From Polyangiales bacterium (GTDB lineage Bacteria; Myxococcota_A; Polyangia; Polyangiales; Ga0077539): a DNA stretch of 64,000 nt. The stretch lies in the NCBI GenBank assembly GCA_044229975.1, contig JBGARZ010000010.1, positions 96,001 through 160,000 on the forward strand, read 5' to 3'. Below are positions 36,054-46,053 of the stretch, one piece after another (the first letter of the stretch is position 1; the number at the start of each line of letters is the position of its first letter). Both the position numbers and the translations under genes were made by a program. The notes under the pieces were generated by a model that was given only the letters and a program-made list of their open reading frames with translations, searched no databases and had not been told where the DNA came from.

Positions 36054-36667
36054 CGGGCCTCCCGGGCGCGAACGCGGGCGAGCGCCTTCTCGAAGTGCTT
36101 GCGCGCGAGGCGCAGCCGCGAGTGGACGGTGTTGGCCGAGCAGCCCACGAGCGTGGCGATGGCGTCGGCGCCGAGGCCGTCGAGCTCGAAGAGGGCGAAC
36201 ACCACGCGCTGCTCCGGGGGCATCGCGTCCATGATGGCGGCGAGGGTCTCGCGGGCCTGCGCCTCGGCGGCCTGGGCGTCGGGGTTGCTCTCGGGTGATG
36301 GCGCGGGTTCGGGCGGGGCGGCGGTGATCTGCTCGCGGCGAACGTGGGCCCGTCGTCGCCAGTCGCTCGCGACGCGCTCGGTGATGCCCCACAGCCAGGT
36401 GGTGAGCTGCGAGCGCCCCTCGAAGCCGTCGAGCTTGCGATGAACCACGAGAAACACCTCGTGGGTCTGGTCTTCGAGGTCGGCCTCGCGCACGCCGTGG
36501 GCGCGGAGGGCGCGCCAGACGAAGCCCCAGTGGGCCTCGTAGACCTCGCGGAGCGTCCAGCGGCGCTCGTCGACCCGCGCCTCGTCGGCGTCGAGCGCGA
36601 CGACGTCCCCGGGGCGCAGCAGTGAGAACAGCGTCGAGGTCATCGCGAAGGGCGTGAGTGGGAGCAT
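36050..36667 (-). CDS. ECF-type RNA polymerase sigma-70 factor
   Basis: Region 2 (EDQTHEVFLVVHRKL...TTWLWGI) and region 4 (QRVVFALFELDGL...TVHSRLRLARK). Confidence 0.93.
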   Translation of the reverse strand: MLPLTPFAMTSTLFSLLRPGDVVALDADEARVDERRWTLREVYEAHWGFVWRALRAHGVREADLEDQTHEVFLVVHRKLDGFEGRSQLTTWLWGITERVASDWRRRAHVRREQITAAPPEPAPSPESNPDAQAAEAQARETLAAIMDAMPPEQRVVFALFELDGLGADAIATLVGCSANTVHSRLRLARKHFEKALARVRAREAR

Positions 36668-36681
36668 GGCCCCGCGGCCCG

Positions 36682-37656
36682 TCACTCGAAATGAACCCCC
36701 ACGCCGATTCCCGCGCGCAGCCCGATGGGGCTCACGCGATGAACCTCCCCGGCGCCCTCCACCACCAGCGTGTCGCGGATGAGCGGAACCACCGCCTGCA
36801 CGTCCGCCAGCAGATGCACCACGGAGCCGAGCGACCAGCGCGCGCGGGCGCCCGCTTCGAGGGCGGCGTAGGGGCGCTCCTCGATGCGGTCGACGGCGAG
36901 GCCCTGCCCCGCAGCCACCAGAACGCCCGCGAGCACACCCGCGCAGAGGGTGAGTGAGAGGGTGGTGGTGGCTCCGCGCCAGGGGCAGACGGCGAGGCCC
37001 GCGAGGCCAAGGCGGAGCGAGGCGCGGCCGGTGGTGAGGTCGACGGTGGCGTCGGGCTGGTAGAGCCCGGTGACGACGAGCGTCGGCCACGAGGGCGGGC
37101 GCACCTCGACGACCAGCGAGAGCAGCGGGGCGGCGGAGGGGAGGGTTCCGACGGTGAGGCCGCCGAGGGCGCTCGCGGCGACGGACCAGCGACGACGACG
37201 AGGCGGGCGCGGCGACGGCGACGGGGCTGCGACGACGACGGGTGGCGGTGGCGGCGGTGGTGGCGCGGCGGCGGTGCGAGCGAGCGCGTCGCCATCGAGG
37301 GAGGCCGCGACGGCGAGCGCGACGGCGTCGACGAGCGGGGCGCAGGTGTCGGCGACGACATCGAGGTGGCGCTCGCCGAGGAGCGCGCCAGCGGGGTCGC
37401 GGAGGTAGAGCGCGGCCTGCCAGGGGAGCGCGCCCGAACGTGTGACGACGACCTCGACGGAGACCGCGGGCGGAGCATCGGTGACGGTGGGGTCGTAGCC
37501 GAGGCGGCGGGTGATCGCAGCGCGGGGAGCGGTGGCGTCGGGGCAGGCGGAGGCTCCGTCGGCGCGCACCCAGGAGAGCGACGCGCGTACCGGGTCGGCG
37601 GCGGCCGCGGCGGGCGTCGCGAGCGCGGCGAGGAAGGCGATGAACGGGCGACGCAT
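36682..37656 (-). CDS. secreted protein with probable C-terminal beta-barrel, part of the ECF cassette
   Basis: Signal peptide; LSWVR..GA..C; amphipathic beta strands ending GIGVGVHFE. Confidence 0.65.
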   Translation of the reverse strand: MRRPFIAFLAALATPAAAAADPVRASLSWVRADGASACPDATAPRAAITRRLGYDPTVTDAPPAVSVEVVVTRSGALPWQAALYLRDPAGALLGERHLDVVADTCAPLVDAVALAVAASLDGDALARTAAAPPPPPPPPVVVAAPSPSPRPPRRRRWSVAASALGGLTVGTLPSAAPLLSLVVEVRPPSWPTLVVTGLYQPDATVDLTTGRASLRLGLAGLAVCPWRGATTTLSLTLCAGVLAGVLVAAGQGLAVDRIEERPYAALEAGARARWSLGSVVHLLADVQAVVPLIRDTLVVEGAGEVHRVSPIGLRAGIGVGVHFE

Positions 37657-37688
37657 CGGGCGGAGCGGCGATGGTAGCGTCCCTCGCC

Positions 37689-38414
37689 ATGAGTCGCTCC
37701 GTGATTCCCGACGCGTGGCAGGTACCCAATCGCATCCGGCAGCGGGTGGGCGTTCAGGCGGGGCGCCAGCGCGCCATCGTGGAGGAGGGGCACCTGCTGC
37801 TCATCGTTCATGAGGCGCCGAAGGACGGTGAGACCGAGCGGCCGGCGAAGCTGTTCTGGCGCGCGCCCGACGGGACGTGGCGCGCGACCGGGGCGGGTCA
37901 GTCGCCGGGGCTGCCGGTGCTCAAGCGGCACATGGAGGCGCTCCAGCAGGCGCTGCAACAGCTCGACGCGCGGGTCGACTCGGGCAAGACGGCGCAGGAC
38001 TTCTTCACGGTGCTCAACGCCGCGACGCCGCTCCAGCGCACCACGCGCAACCTGCACAAGGCGCTGCAGGAAGCCCGCGACGGCGTCGAAGACCGCGACA
38101 TCATCGCGATGCGCGACTCCGCGGGTGACCTCGAACGATCGGGTGACCTGCTGGTGAGCGACGCCCGCAACGCGCTGGAGTACACCGTGGCGCGCAACGC
38201 CGAGGCGCAGGCCGCCAACGGTCAGAAGGCCGTCGACGCGCAGCACCGGCTCAACCTGCTGGCGGCGCTGTTCTTCCCGGTGACGGCGGTGGGGTCCATC
38301 CTCGGGATGAACCTCCGCACGGGCCTCGAACACGCGCCCGCGGGGCTGTTCTGGCTGGTGCTGGTGCTGGCGTTCGGGTTGGGCTTCAGCATCCGCAGCT
38401 CGCTCAACAAGTAG
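37689..38414 (+). CDS. CorA-like divalent cation transporter (short form)
   Basis: Coiled-coil stalk, then LNLLAALFFPVT...GMN signature and two TMs. Confidence 0.75.
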   Translation: MSRSVIPDAWQVPNRIRQRVGVQAGRQRAIVEEGHLLLIVHEAPKDGETERPAKLFWRAPDGTWRATGAGQSPGLPVLKRHMEALQQALQQLDARVDSGKTAQDFFTVLNAATPLQRTTRNLHKALQEARDGVEDRDIIAMRDSAGDLERSGDLLVSDARNALEYTVARNAEAQAANGQKAVDAQHRLNLLAALFFPVTAVGSILGMNLRTGLEHAPAGLFWLVLVLAFGLGFSIRSSLNK

Positions 38415-38441
38415 CGAGCGAGTCCGCGGAGGCTGGCGGCG

Positions 38442-40118
38442 TCAGGGGATGCCGGTGGGCTGGAGCGCGGAGACGTACGAGCAGCGGCCGGCGAGGTCGT
38501 TGCGCACCGAGCCGAGGGACTCGGGGTACACGCAGCGCAGCGGCGAGGTGCACTCGCTGTTGTGCGCGCAGGTCTTGAAGACGCAGATCGCGAGGTCGTC
38601 GTCGCCCGGCCCGAGCGGAACGATCGCCGCGGGGTTGTCCGGGCAGCTCGTGGTCGCCGCGAGGTTGATGAAGCTGCCGCAGACGCCCTGCGTCGGGCTG
38701 GTGGTGGCCGGGAAGCAGAGGCCGCGGCACTGCGGGGACGTCGATGCCGGGTTGCACGGGTCGCCGTCGACCGCGAGCGCGAGGTTGACCGGCGCCGGGG
38801 CGCAGCGGCCCGTGCGGGTGTTGCAGCGGTTGAGGGCGCCGGTGGTGGTGGCCACGCCCGCGCACTGCGCGTCGTTCTGGCAGTGGGCGAAGCAGCCGGG
38901 GCTGTCGGCCCCTTCGGTGGCCGGGGTGTTGTACCAGAAGCTCGTGCAGGCCGTGCCCGCGCGGCACGTGCGCGGGTTGCACGCGCGGCCGCAGATCCCC
39001 TGGCCGTCGGGGATGTCCGCGAAGGGCGGGTGCGCCACGCAGGTGCTGCCCGGGCCGCCGCACTGGTCCGCCTCCGAGGCCGTGGTGCCCAGCAGGCAGA
39101 ACGCCGTGCAGTACCCACCGGTGAGCAGCGAGGTCGCGCAGGTGAGGGCGTCGCCCGGGCCGCACATCGTGCCCGTGCAGGTGCTACCCGCGGCGATGTC
39201 CGTCGCGACGGCGGTGCACGCCCCGGTGGTGCAGATGGTGCCCGACCCGCACGCGACGCCGCAGGCGCCGCAGTTGGTGGAGTCGTTGGTCACGTCGACG
39301 CAGCGGGAGCCGCAGAGCACGAAGCCCGCCGGGCAGGTCGGGGTGCCGCCCACGCAGCGGCCGCTGGTGCAGGTCTGGCCCGCGCCGCAGCGACGGTTGC
39401 ACTCGCCGCAGTTGAACACGTCGGTGGTCACGTCGATGCAGCTCGCGCCGCAGGTCAGGCGCGGCGCCGCGCACTCCGAGGTCGAGCGGCAGGCGCCGTC
39501 CGAGCAGAACTGCCCCGCCGCGCAGTTGGTCCCGCACGACCCGCAGTTGGACCCGTCGGTGCGGGTGTTGACGCAGACGCCATCACACGCGACGCGGGGC
39601 GCCGTGCACGTCGAGGTGCTCGTCGACATGCACGCGCCGTTGTTGCAGAACTGCCCGCCCGCGCAGGCCGTCCCGCAGGCGCCGCAGTTCTCGATGTCGG
39701 TGCGGGTGTTGACGCAGGCCCCGTCGCAGACCGTGCGCGGCGCGGTGCACGTTGAGGTCGACTGACAGCTCCCGCTGTTGCAGACCTGCGCCGCGGTGCA
39801 CGCGCGGCCGCAGGCGCCGCAGTGGGCCGGGTCGCTCTGCCGGTCGACGCACTCCGAGCCGCACATCGTCCGCGGCGCCGCGCAGGTCGCCACGCCGTTG
39901 TCCGTCGGGGTGACGGTGCCGTTGTCCGTCGGGGTGACGGTGCCGTTGTCCGTCGGGGTGACGGTGCCCATGTCCGTCGGGGCCACCGGGACGTCGCTGC
40001 CTCCGCCGCCCGCGTCGACCTCGGTGTTGATGCCGCCGCTGCCGCGCGCATCGCACGCGGTGATGTTTGCAAGGGCGAGCGAGGTGCTCGCAAGCAAGGC
40101 CAGACCGTGTAACCGCAT
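38442..40118 (-). CDS. Cys-rich repeat lipoprotein (five CV...D..xCG.C repeats)
   Basis: AGGAGG RBS; lipobox ITAC; repeats such as CVNTRTDIENCGACG. Confidence 0.85.
   Translation of the reverse strand: MRLHGLALLASTSLALANITACDARGSGGINTEVDAGGGGSDVPVAPTDMGTVTPTDNGTVTPTDNGTVTPTDNGVATCAAPRTMCGSECVDRQSDPAHCGACGRACTAAQVCNSGSCQSTSTCTAPRTVCDGACVNTRTDIENCGACGTACAGGQFCNNGACMSTSTSTCTAPRVACDGVCVNTRTDGSNCGSCGTNCAAGQFCSDGACRSTSECAAPRLTCGASCIDVTTDVFNCGECNRRCGAGQTCTSGRCVGGTPTCPAGFVLCGSRCVDVTNDSTNCGACGVACGSGTICTTGACTAVATDIAAGSTCTGTMCGPGDALTCATSLLTGGYCTAFCLLGTTASEADQCGGPGSTCVAHPPFADIPDGQGICGRACNPRTCRAGTACTSFWYNTPATEGADSPGCFAHCQNDAQCAGVATTTGALNRCNTRTGRCAPAPVNLALAVDGDPCNPASTSPQCRGLCFPATTSPTQGVCGSFINLAATTSCPDNPAAIVPLGPGDDDLAICVFKTCAHNSECTSPLRCVYPESLGSVRNDLAGRCSYVSALQPTGIP
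39894..39982. repeat. 24-bp tandem repeat, 3 copies plus a partial (PTDNGTVT)
   Basis: GCCGTTGTCCGTCGGGGTGACGGT repeated exactly three times. Confidence 0.92.
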
Positions 40119-40202
40119 CCCTCAGTACCTCCTAAAGATCCGTGACGCGGGCGTTGGCTACCAGAACGCGCGCCCCAGGGCCAATCCCCGGACGGGCGCA
40201 GG

Positions 40203-41360
40203 TCAGCGCTCCTGGAGGGCGACCGCGAGGGCGCGCACCACGTCGTCGAGGAGGAAGGGCTTGCGCACCATGATCCCCCGCGCGGAGCTCGGGACGTGGT
40301 CGACGGAGGGCGCGCCCGTCATGAGCACGCGACCCACCCGCGGCGCGATGAGCTCCATCTCCAGCAGGAAGGCCGCGCCCGACGCGTTGTCGCCGAGGCG
40401 CTCGTCGACCAGGGCCACGTCGATGTCGCCGCGCACCAGCAGCCGCCGCGCCTCGTCGATGTCGGTAGTCACCATCACCCGCGCGCCGCGCAGCGAGAGG
40501 GCCACCTCCAGCAGCTCGCGGATGGACGGGTCGTCGTCGATGACCATCACCCGCACGCCGGGCCGCAGCCGCGCCTCGGTGCCCTGCACCGACAGCGGGA
40601 GGGCCAGCTCGCTGGTCGTTGGCGGGCGGCGCAGCGCGAGCACCATGGTGGTGCCGCGGCCGGGCGCGCTGTCGACGTCAAGCATCGCGCCCATGGCCTC
40701 GCTCAGCGCGCGCGACACGGCGAGACCGAGGCCCCGCACCGCGGCCGTGAGCGGCGTCTCCGTCGTGCGCGTCGTGAAGAACGGATCGAAGATGCGCGCC
40801 CGCGTCGTGGCGTCGATGCCGATGCCGTCGTCGCGGACGGCGACGGAGACCCGTCCGCCCGCGGGCTGCACCGAGAGCGAGACGGCCCCGGCGTCGGCGC
40901 CGCGGAGGCGCGCGGCCTGGATGGCGTGCGTGGCGTTGATGACGAGGTTGGTGAGCACCTGCTCGACGCGGTCGGGGTCGCCCTGCGCCTCGATCACCCC
41001 GGCGGGCAGATCGACGTGGAGCGTGACGCCGGCGGCGGCGCAGCGGGCGTCGAGGAGGTCGCGCACGGTGGTGACCACGGCGCCGAGGTCGAAGCGCTCG
41101 TCGCGCACGCCAAACGAGGCCACCGGGTCGATGAGCGAAGCCACCAGCGCACCCGCTCGCGCGACGCCGCGGTGCATGATGGGGAGCGCCCGGTCGAGCA
41201 CCTCCGCGTCGGGCTTCGCCTGCGCCAGCTCGACCCAACCGAGCACGCTGGTGAGGACGTTTTGAATCTCGTGCACGGCCGCGCCGATGGCCACCCGGTC
41301 GCCCGGCAGCAGGCTGTGCGCGGGGGGAGCGCCGCTCGCCCGGAGAATCGCGGCAGACAT
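40203..41360 (-). CDS. hybrid histidine kinase (HisKA-HATPase-receiver) lacking an evident sensor domain
   Basis: HEIQN H-box; NLVINA; DDGIGI; IFDPFFTT; GLGL; receiver VIDDD...D...TG...KPF. Start codon uncertain. Confidence 0.88.
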   Translation of the reverse strand: MSAAILRASGAPPAHSLLPGDRVAIGAAVHEIQNVLTSVLGWVELAQAKPDAEVLDRALPIMHRGVARAGALVASLIDPVASFGVRDERFDLGAVVTTVRDLLDARCAAAGVTLHVDLPAGVIEAQGDPDRVEQVLTNLVINATHAIQAARLRGADAGAVSLSVQPAGGRVSVAVRDDGIGIDATTRARIFDPFFTTRTTETPLTAAVRGLGLAVSRALSEAMGAMLDVDSAPGRGTTMVLALRRPPTTSELALPLSVQGTEARLRPGVRVMVIDDDPSIRELLEVALSLRGARVMVTTDIDEARRLLVRGDIDVALVDERLGDNASGAAFLLEMELIAPRVGRVLMTGAPSVDHVPSSARGIMVRKPFLLDDVVRALAVALQER

Positions 41361-41470
41361 GGTCGTCGGCCGTGCGTCGAGGGGAGGCAGCACGGACGGG
41401 TCACGATCGCTCACGACGTCATCATCCCGGAAAGTGAGGAGGGTGGTCAAAGACTCGGACGGTGTTGTCG

Positions 41471-42424
41471 CTACCCGTTGCGGAGGCGGTGCATGAGGGC
41501 GGTGAGGTCGTCGGGCAGCGGTGATACGACGCGCACCGCGGCGCCCGTCACGGGGTGCGGGAAATGGATCTCGCTCGCATGGAGGCAGTGCCGTGCGAAG
41601 CCCTGCGCGACGTCGTCGGGAATCGCTGGGCCGCGGTAGAGGATGTCGCCGACGAGCGGGTGTCCGATGACCGCGAGGTGGGCCCTGACCTGGTGGCGAA
41701 ACGCGCGGGTGAGCGAGACCTCGACCAGGGTGTACTCGCCCTGCTCCTTGGCGACGCGCCACCGGGTCGTCGCCGGGTGGGGCTTCACCGCGGCGCGCAG
41801 TCGCACGTGCTCGGTGACGGCCTCGACGCGCTTGGGGTCCTTGCGGTGCGGGACGAGCGGAAACTCCACGACGCCTTCACCGGCCATGCGCCCTTCGACG
41901 AGCGCGAGGTAGCGCTTCTCGAGCTTCTCCTCGGCGGTCGCCGCGCGCAGCGCCTCGAAGGCGGCCTTGTTGCGCGCCGCGAGGATGAGGCCCGTGGTGT
42001 CGGTGTCGAGGCGATGGAGCAGGCCCGGCTCGCGGAGGTGGAAGCCCACCGTGGCCATCTCGGGGTAGCGGGCGAGCAGGGCGTTGACGAGGGTGCCGGT
42101 CTCGTCGGGTCGCAGCGGGTGGGTGGGGACCCCAGCGGGCTTCTCCACCACCACCACGTCGGCGTCTTCGTAGCGGACGGTGAGCGTCACGTCGGGCGTG
42201 GCGATGGGGGTGAAGTCCTGCGGCGGCAGCTCGCCGGAGACCTCCACCACGTTGCCCTCCACCAGGGGGTCGCCCTTGCGAACGCGGTGGCCGTCGACGC
42301 GCACCTGACCCGCTTCGAGGATGGCCTTGGCGCGCGCGCGGGAGAGCCCCGGGGTCACGTCGACGAGGAAGCGATCGAGTCTCTGCCCCGCTTGTGCAGC
42401 GGAGACGGTGTGCTGGGTTGCCAT
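41471..42424 (-). CDS. RluA-family pseudouridine synthase with S4 domain (RluD-like)
   Basis: RLDRFL...SR S4 domain; KPAG; HRLDTDTTG; HQVRAHL..IGHPLVGD.LY. Confidence 0.93.
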   Translation of the reverse strand: MATQHTVSAAQAGQRLDRFLVDVTPGLSRARAKAILEAGQVRVDGHRVRKGDPLVEGNVVEVSGELPPQDFTPIATPDVTLTVRYEDADVVVVEKPAGVPTHPLRPDETGTLVNALLARYPEMATVGFHLREPGLLHRLDTDTTGLILAARNKAAFEALRAATAEEKLEKRYLALVEGRMAGEGVVEFPLVPHRKDPKRVEAVTEHVRLRAAVKPHPATTRWRVAKEQGEYTLVEVSLTRAFRHQVRAHLAVIGHPLVGDILYRGPAIPDDVAQGFARHCLHASEIHFPHPVTGAAVRVVSPLPDDLTALMHRLRNG

Positions 42425-42582
42425 GGCGTTCGGCGCGGCCGATACCACACCGGGGAGAGGTTGTCGTGAGCGCCCGCGGGTTGATCTCGCTGCGCGAGCG
42501 ATGCCGCAGGGTACGTAAAACTTTCTCGGGTTGCTGTCCGTCGCGGGGACGTTGTAGTCGGGTAGGATCGCGAGGACGGCCC

Positions 42583-44190
42583 ATGGCGCTCTGTTCGACC
42601 TGCAAAAACGAGCTCGACGAGGAGACGGGCGAGTGCTTCGACTGCGGCCGGACGCAGAACCTCTCGGTGAAGCCCGACCCCTTCCTCGGGCGCGCGGTGG
42701 GCAACCTGGTGCTGGTCTACAAGATCGGCGAAGGCGCGATGGGCACGGTGTACCGGGCCTCGCACCAGGCGCTGAAGACCCCCTACGCGGTGAAGGTCCT
42801 GCGCGAGGATTTCAGCGACGACGAGACGGTGGCCGAGCGCTTCCGCCGCGAGGCGCTGGCGTGCAGTCGGCTCCAGCACGAAAACGTCGTGTACGTCACC
42901 GACTTCGGCAACGACCCCACGGTGGGTCTGTACCTGGTGATGGAGTTCGTCGACGGGCCGTCGCTGGCGCAGATGCTCCGGCCGGGGCGCTTCACGCTCG
43001 GTCGCGTCGGGCGCATCGCCGAGCAGGTGTGCGACGCCATGTCGGCCGCCCACCGATTGGACATCGTTCATCGGGATCTGAAGCCCGACAACATCCTGGT
43101 GTACCGCGACCCGGCGCGGCGCGACTTCGTGAAGGTGGTGGACTTCGGCATCGCGCGCATCCGCATGGCCGACGCGAGCGAAGAGCTCACGGCCTCGGGC
43201 ACCACGGTCGGAACCATCCAGTACATGGCGCCCGAGCAGCTCTTGAACCGCCCCGGCGCGGTGGGCGCGTGGAGCGACGTCTACGCGCTGGGGGTCATCG
43301 TCTACGAGATGGTGACGGGTCAGCGTCCCTTCGTGGCGGGCTCGATGCTGGAGCTGGCGGTGAAGCACGCGACGGTGACGCCGCCGCTCCTCTCGACGGT
43401 GCGCCCCGAGCTTCAGGGCTCGCAGCTCGAAGGTCTCGTGCACGCGATGCTGGCCAAGGAGCCGCCCGATCGGCCCGGGTCGATGGAGGCGGTGCGCGCG
43501 GCGCTGACGTCGGCCATCAACGAGCTGGTGGAGTGGGGCGTCCCCGACGCGGCGTACCCGACGGGCCCGCGGGTGGCGTCGCGCCCGTCGATGCCCGCGG
43601 TGGCGTACGAGACCGAAGGGGCGCGCTTCGGTTCGCGGCCGTCGATGCCGTCGATGCCGTCGATGACCCCGGCGCCGACGCAGAGCGCGCACTCCCTGCG
43701 GGTGCGGTCGATGGTTCAGAAGATCCGCGAGGAGGCGACGGACTCCGCGGTGGCGACGCTGCTGGCCTCGCTGCCGGGGGTCGACGCCCTCAGCGGCGAG
43801 GCGCTCACCATGGCGCTGTGGGGCGTGCTCCAGCAGGAGGTGCTCGACGCGCCGCTGGGGTCAGAGCGCTTCGGGCAAAACACCCAGCACCTGGGTTTGC
43901 TCATCGGCGCGGTGCTGGAGAGCAACGACGGGGCGGACGCTCCGTCCGACGCGCAGCAGCGGGTGTTTCGCGCGCTGCGCAACGTGCTGTCGCTGGCCGA
44001 CCGTGACCGTCGCGCGCAGATCATCGGGGCGCTCAAGCCGTGGGCGGCGCACCCGCACTTCCCGGAGGACATCATCCCGAAGGAAGACAAGCGCAGCCTC
44101 ATCGAGAAGCTGAGCGCGCCGGTGAGCGGGCAGTCGCTACGCTCGCTGCTCACGCACCGCATCGAGCTCTTCGGTACGAAGAAGGAGTGA
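42583..44190 (+). CDS. cytoplasmic Ser/Thr protein kinase with N-terminal Zn ribbon
   Basis: CSTC...CFDC; GEGAMG; HRDLKPDN; DFG; YMAPEQ. Confidence 0.93.
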   Translation: MALCSTCKNELDEETGECFDCGRTQNLSVKPDPFLGRAVGNLVLVYKIGEGAMGTVYRASHQALKTPYAVKVLREDFSDDETVAERFRREALACSRLQHENVVYVTDFGNDPTVGLYLVMEFVDGPSLAQMLRPGRFTLGRVGRIAEQVCDAMSAAHRLDIVHRDLKPDNILVYRDPARRDFVKVVDFGIARIRMADASEELTASGTTVGTIQYMAPEQLLNRPGAVGAWSDVYALGVIVYEMVTGQRPFVAGSMLELAVKHATVTPPLLSTVRPELQGSQLEGLVHAMLAKEPPDRPGSMEAVRAALTSAINELVEWGVPDAAYPTGPRVASRPSMPAVAYETEGARFGSRPSMPSMPSMTPAPTQSAHSLRVRSMVQKIREEATDSAVATLLASLPGVDALSGEALTMALWGVLQQEVLDAPLGSERFGQNTQHLGLLIGAVLESNDGADAPSDAQQRVFRALRNVLSLADRDRRAQIIGALKPWAAHPHFPEDIIPKEDKRSLIEKLSAPVSGQSLRSLLTHRIELFGTKKE

Positions 44191-44201
44191 CGGCCGCTCC
44201 G

Positions 44202-44608
44202 GCCGCAGGTTGAAACCCTTTCACCTCTACGCATCGTCGGCGTGCGCGACGGAGCGCCCACTGCGCGGTTGCGGACGGCCCGTGAACGGGCCTGCAACCG
44301 CTGAAGTGGGAGCCTGGAGATGGACGTCCCGCCTGCGCGGGACTTCCTGTACGCGCGCCGGTCGCTGGAGCGACCGTCGAGAAGGTGAAGGAGTTCCTCT
44401 CCAAGCCGTTCAGCGAGTCCCTACTTCCACTCGTCGAGCGCAGCGCGCTCGGCGCTCCGCCAGGAAGTCCCGCGCAGGCGGGACGCCTACCTCCAGGCTC
44501 CCACTTCAGCGGTTGCAGGCCCGCCCGCGGGCCGTCCGCAACCGCGCAGTGGGCGCTCCGTCACGCCCGCCGACGATACGTAGAAGTGAAAGGGTTTCAA
44601 CCTGCGGC
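44202..44608. repeat. long palindrome family B (148-bp arms, 10 mismatches, 111-bp spacer)
   Basis: 44202-44349 pairs with 44461-44608 without gaps; lies between the convergent kinase and der genes. Confidence 0.92.
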
Positions 44609-44619
44609 AGATCGGCAGA

Positions 44620-46053
44620 TCACCGCCCCCGGCGCGGCTTGTTGGCCTGCATCGACGGCTTCGGCGGGGCGCCCGACAGGTCGTCCCTCTTTCGCTTCGC
44701 CCGCAGGCTCACGCGCACGGGCACGGCCTCGAAGCCGAAGCGCTCGCGGAGCTGGTTCTGGAGGTAGCGCATGTAGCTCTCGGCGATGGCCTCGACGAAG
44801 TTCACCACCGCGGCGAAGCGCGGCGGGTGCGTCCCCACCTGGCTCACGTAGTAGATGCGCGGCGACCGGCCGGCGTGCACGGGCGGCGGGTGCTTGGCCA
44901 CCACCTCCTCGAAGAAGCGGTTGACCTCGCCGGTGCCGATGCGCTTGCCGTGCGACTCCCACGCGCGGTCGACCATCGACAACAGACTGCTCGTCCCGCG
45001 GCCGGCCTTCGCCGACAGCTTCAGGATCGGGATCCACGGCGCGAACGACAGCTTGCGGTGCGCCTCGGCCACCGCCTTGCGCTCGGTCGCCATGTCGACC
45101 TTGTCGACCTTGTTGAGCCCGAGCACCACCGCGCGGCCGCGCTCTTCGGCGAGCGCGATGAGCCGCAGGTCCTGGTCGGCGAGGTTCTCCGTCACGTCGA
45201 GGAGCACCACCACCACGTCGCAGCGCTCCATCGCGCGGATGGCCTGCATCACGCTGGTCATCTCGACCGGCGCCGACACCGAGCGCTTGCGCCGGATGCC
45301 CGCCGTGTCGACGAACACGTACTGCTTGTCGCCCTTGGTCACGAGCGTGTCGATCGCATCGCGCGTCGTGCCCGGCACGTCCGTCACCAGCAGCCGCTCG
45401 GTGCCGATGAGCTTGTTGATGAGCGAGCTCTTGCCCGCGTTGGGCCGGCCCACCACCGCCACGCGCGCGACGTTGTCATCCAGCGGAACGTCATCCGCCA
45501 CGTCGGCGGGCATGCGCTTCTCCAGCGCCGCGTCGAGCTCCACGAACCCGCGGCCGTGCAGCGCGCTCAGCGCGATGACCTCGTCGGCCCCGGCGCGGTA
45601 CAGCTCCGTCGCCTCCTGCGCGCGCGCCGTGCTGTCGGCCTTGTTGGCGATGTAGATCACCGGCCGCCCGGCCTTGCGCAGCAGCTTCAGCGCCTCGTGG
45701 TCGGCCTCGGTGAGCGGGACCGTTCCGTCGGCGACGAAGATCACCACGTCGGCCTCGGCGATGGCCAGCTTCACCTGGTCGCGCACGCCGGACATCATCG
45801 CGTCCTTGGCGTCGTGCTCGAAGCCGCCGGTGTCCACCAGGACGAAGGGCCTCCCCCGCACCTCGGCGTCGGCGAAGTGCCGGTCGCGGGTCACGCCGGG
45901 CTCGTCCTCGACGATGGCGAGGTGCTTGCCCACGAGGCGGTTGAAGAGGGTGCTCTTGCCCACGTTGGGGCGGCCCACGATGGCCACCAGCGGGCGGTTG
46001 CCGCGGGCGACGCGGATCTCGGCCGGCAGCGCGGCCCGGTCACTGCGGCTCAT
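44620..46053 (-). CDS. der: ribosome biogenesis GTPase Der (EngA)
   Basis: Two G domains: GRPNVGKS/DTGG/NKAD and GRPNAGKS/DTAG/NKVD. Confidence 0.97.
   Translation of the reverse strand: MSRSDRAALPAEIRVARGNRPLVAIVGRPNVGKSTLFNRLVGKHLAIVEDEPGVTRDRHFADAEVRGRPFVLVDTGGFEHDAKDAMMSGVRDQVKLAIAEADVVIFVADGTVPLTEADHEALKLLRKAGRPVIYIANKADSTARAQEATELYRAGADEVIALSALHGRGFVELDAALEKRMPADVADDVPLDDNVARVAVVGRPNAGKSSLINKLIGTERLLVTDVPGTTRDAIDTLVTKGDKQYVFVDTAGIRRKRSVSAPVEMTSVMQAIRAMERCDVVVVLLDVTENLADQDLRLIALAEERGRAVVLGLNKVDKVDMATERKAVAEAHRKLSFAPWIPILKLSAKAGRGTSSLLSMVDRAWESHGKRIGTGEVNRFFEEVVAKHPPPVHAGRSPRIYYVSQVGTHPPRFAAVVNFVEAIAESYMRYLQNQLRERFGFEAVPVRVSLRAKRKRDDLSGAPPKPSMQANKPRRGR

Noticed and set aside
44370..44440. 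Palindrome spacer reading VEKVKEFLSKPFSESLL, faintly like the upstream kinase C-terminus
   Set aside because: Similarity is too short and weak to distinguish from chance.
44202..44608. GTTGAAAC motifs resembling CRISPR repeat ends (also near 33736)
   Set aside because: They occur in inverted arms or singly, not as direct repeats with spacers, and no cas genes are present.
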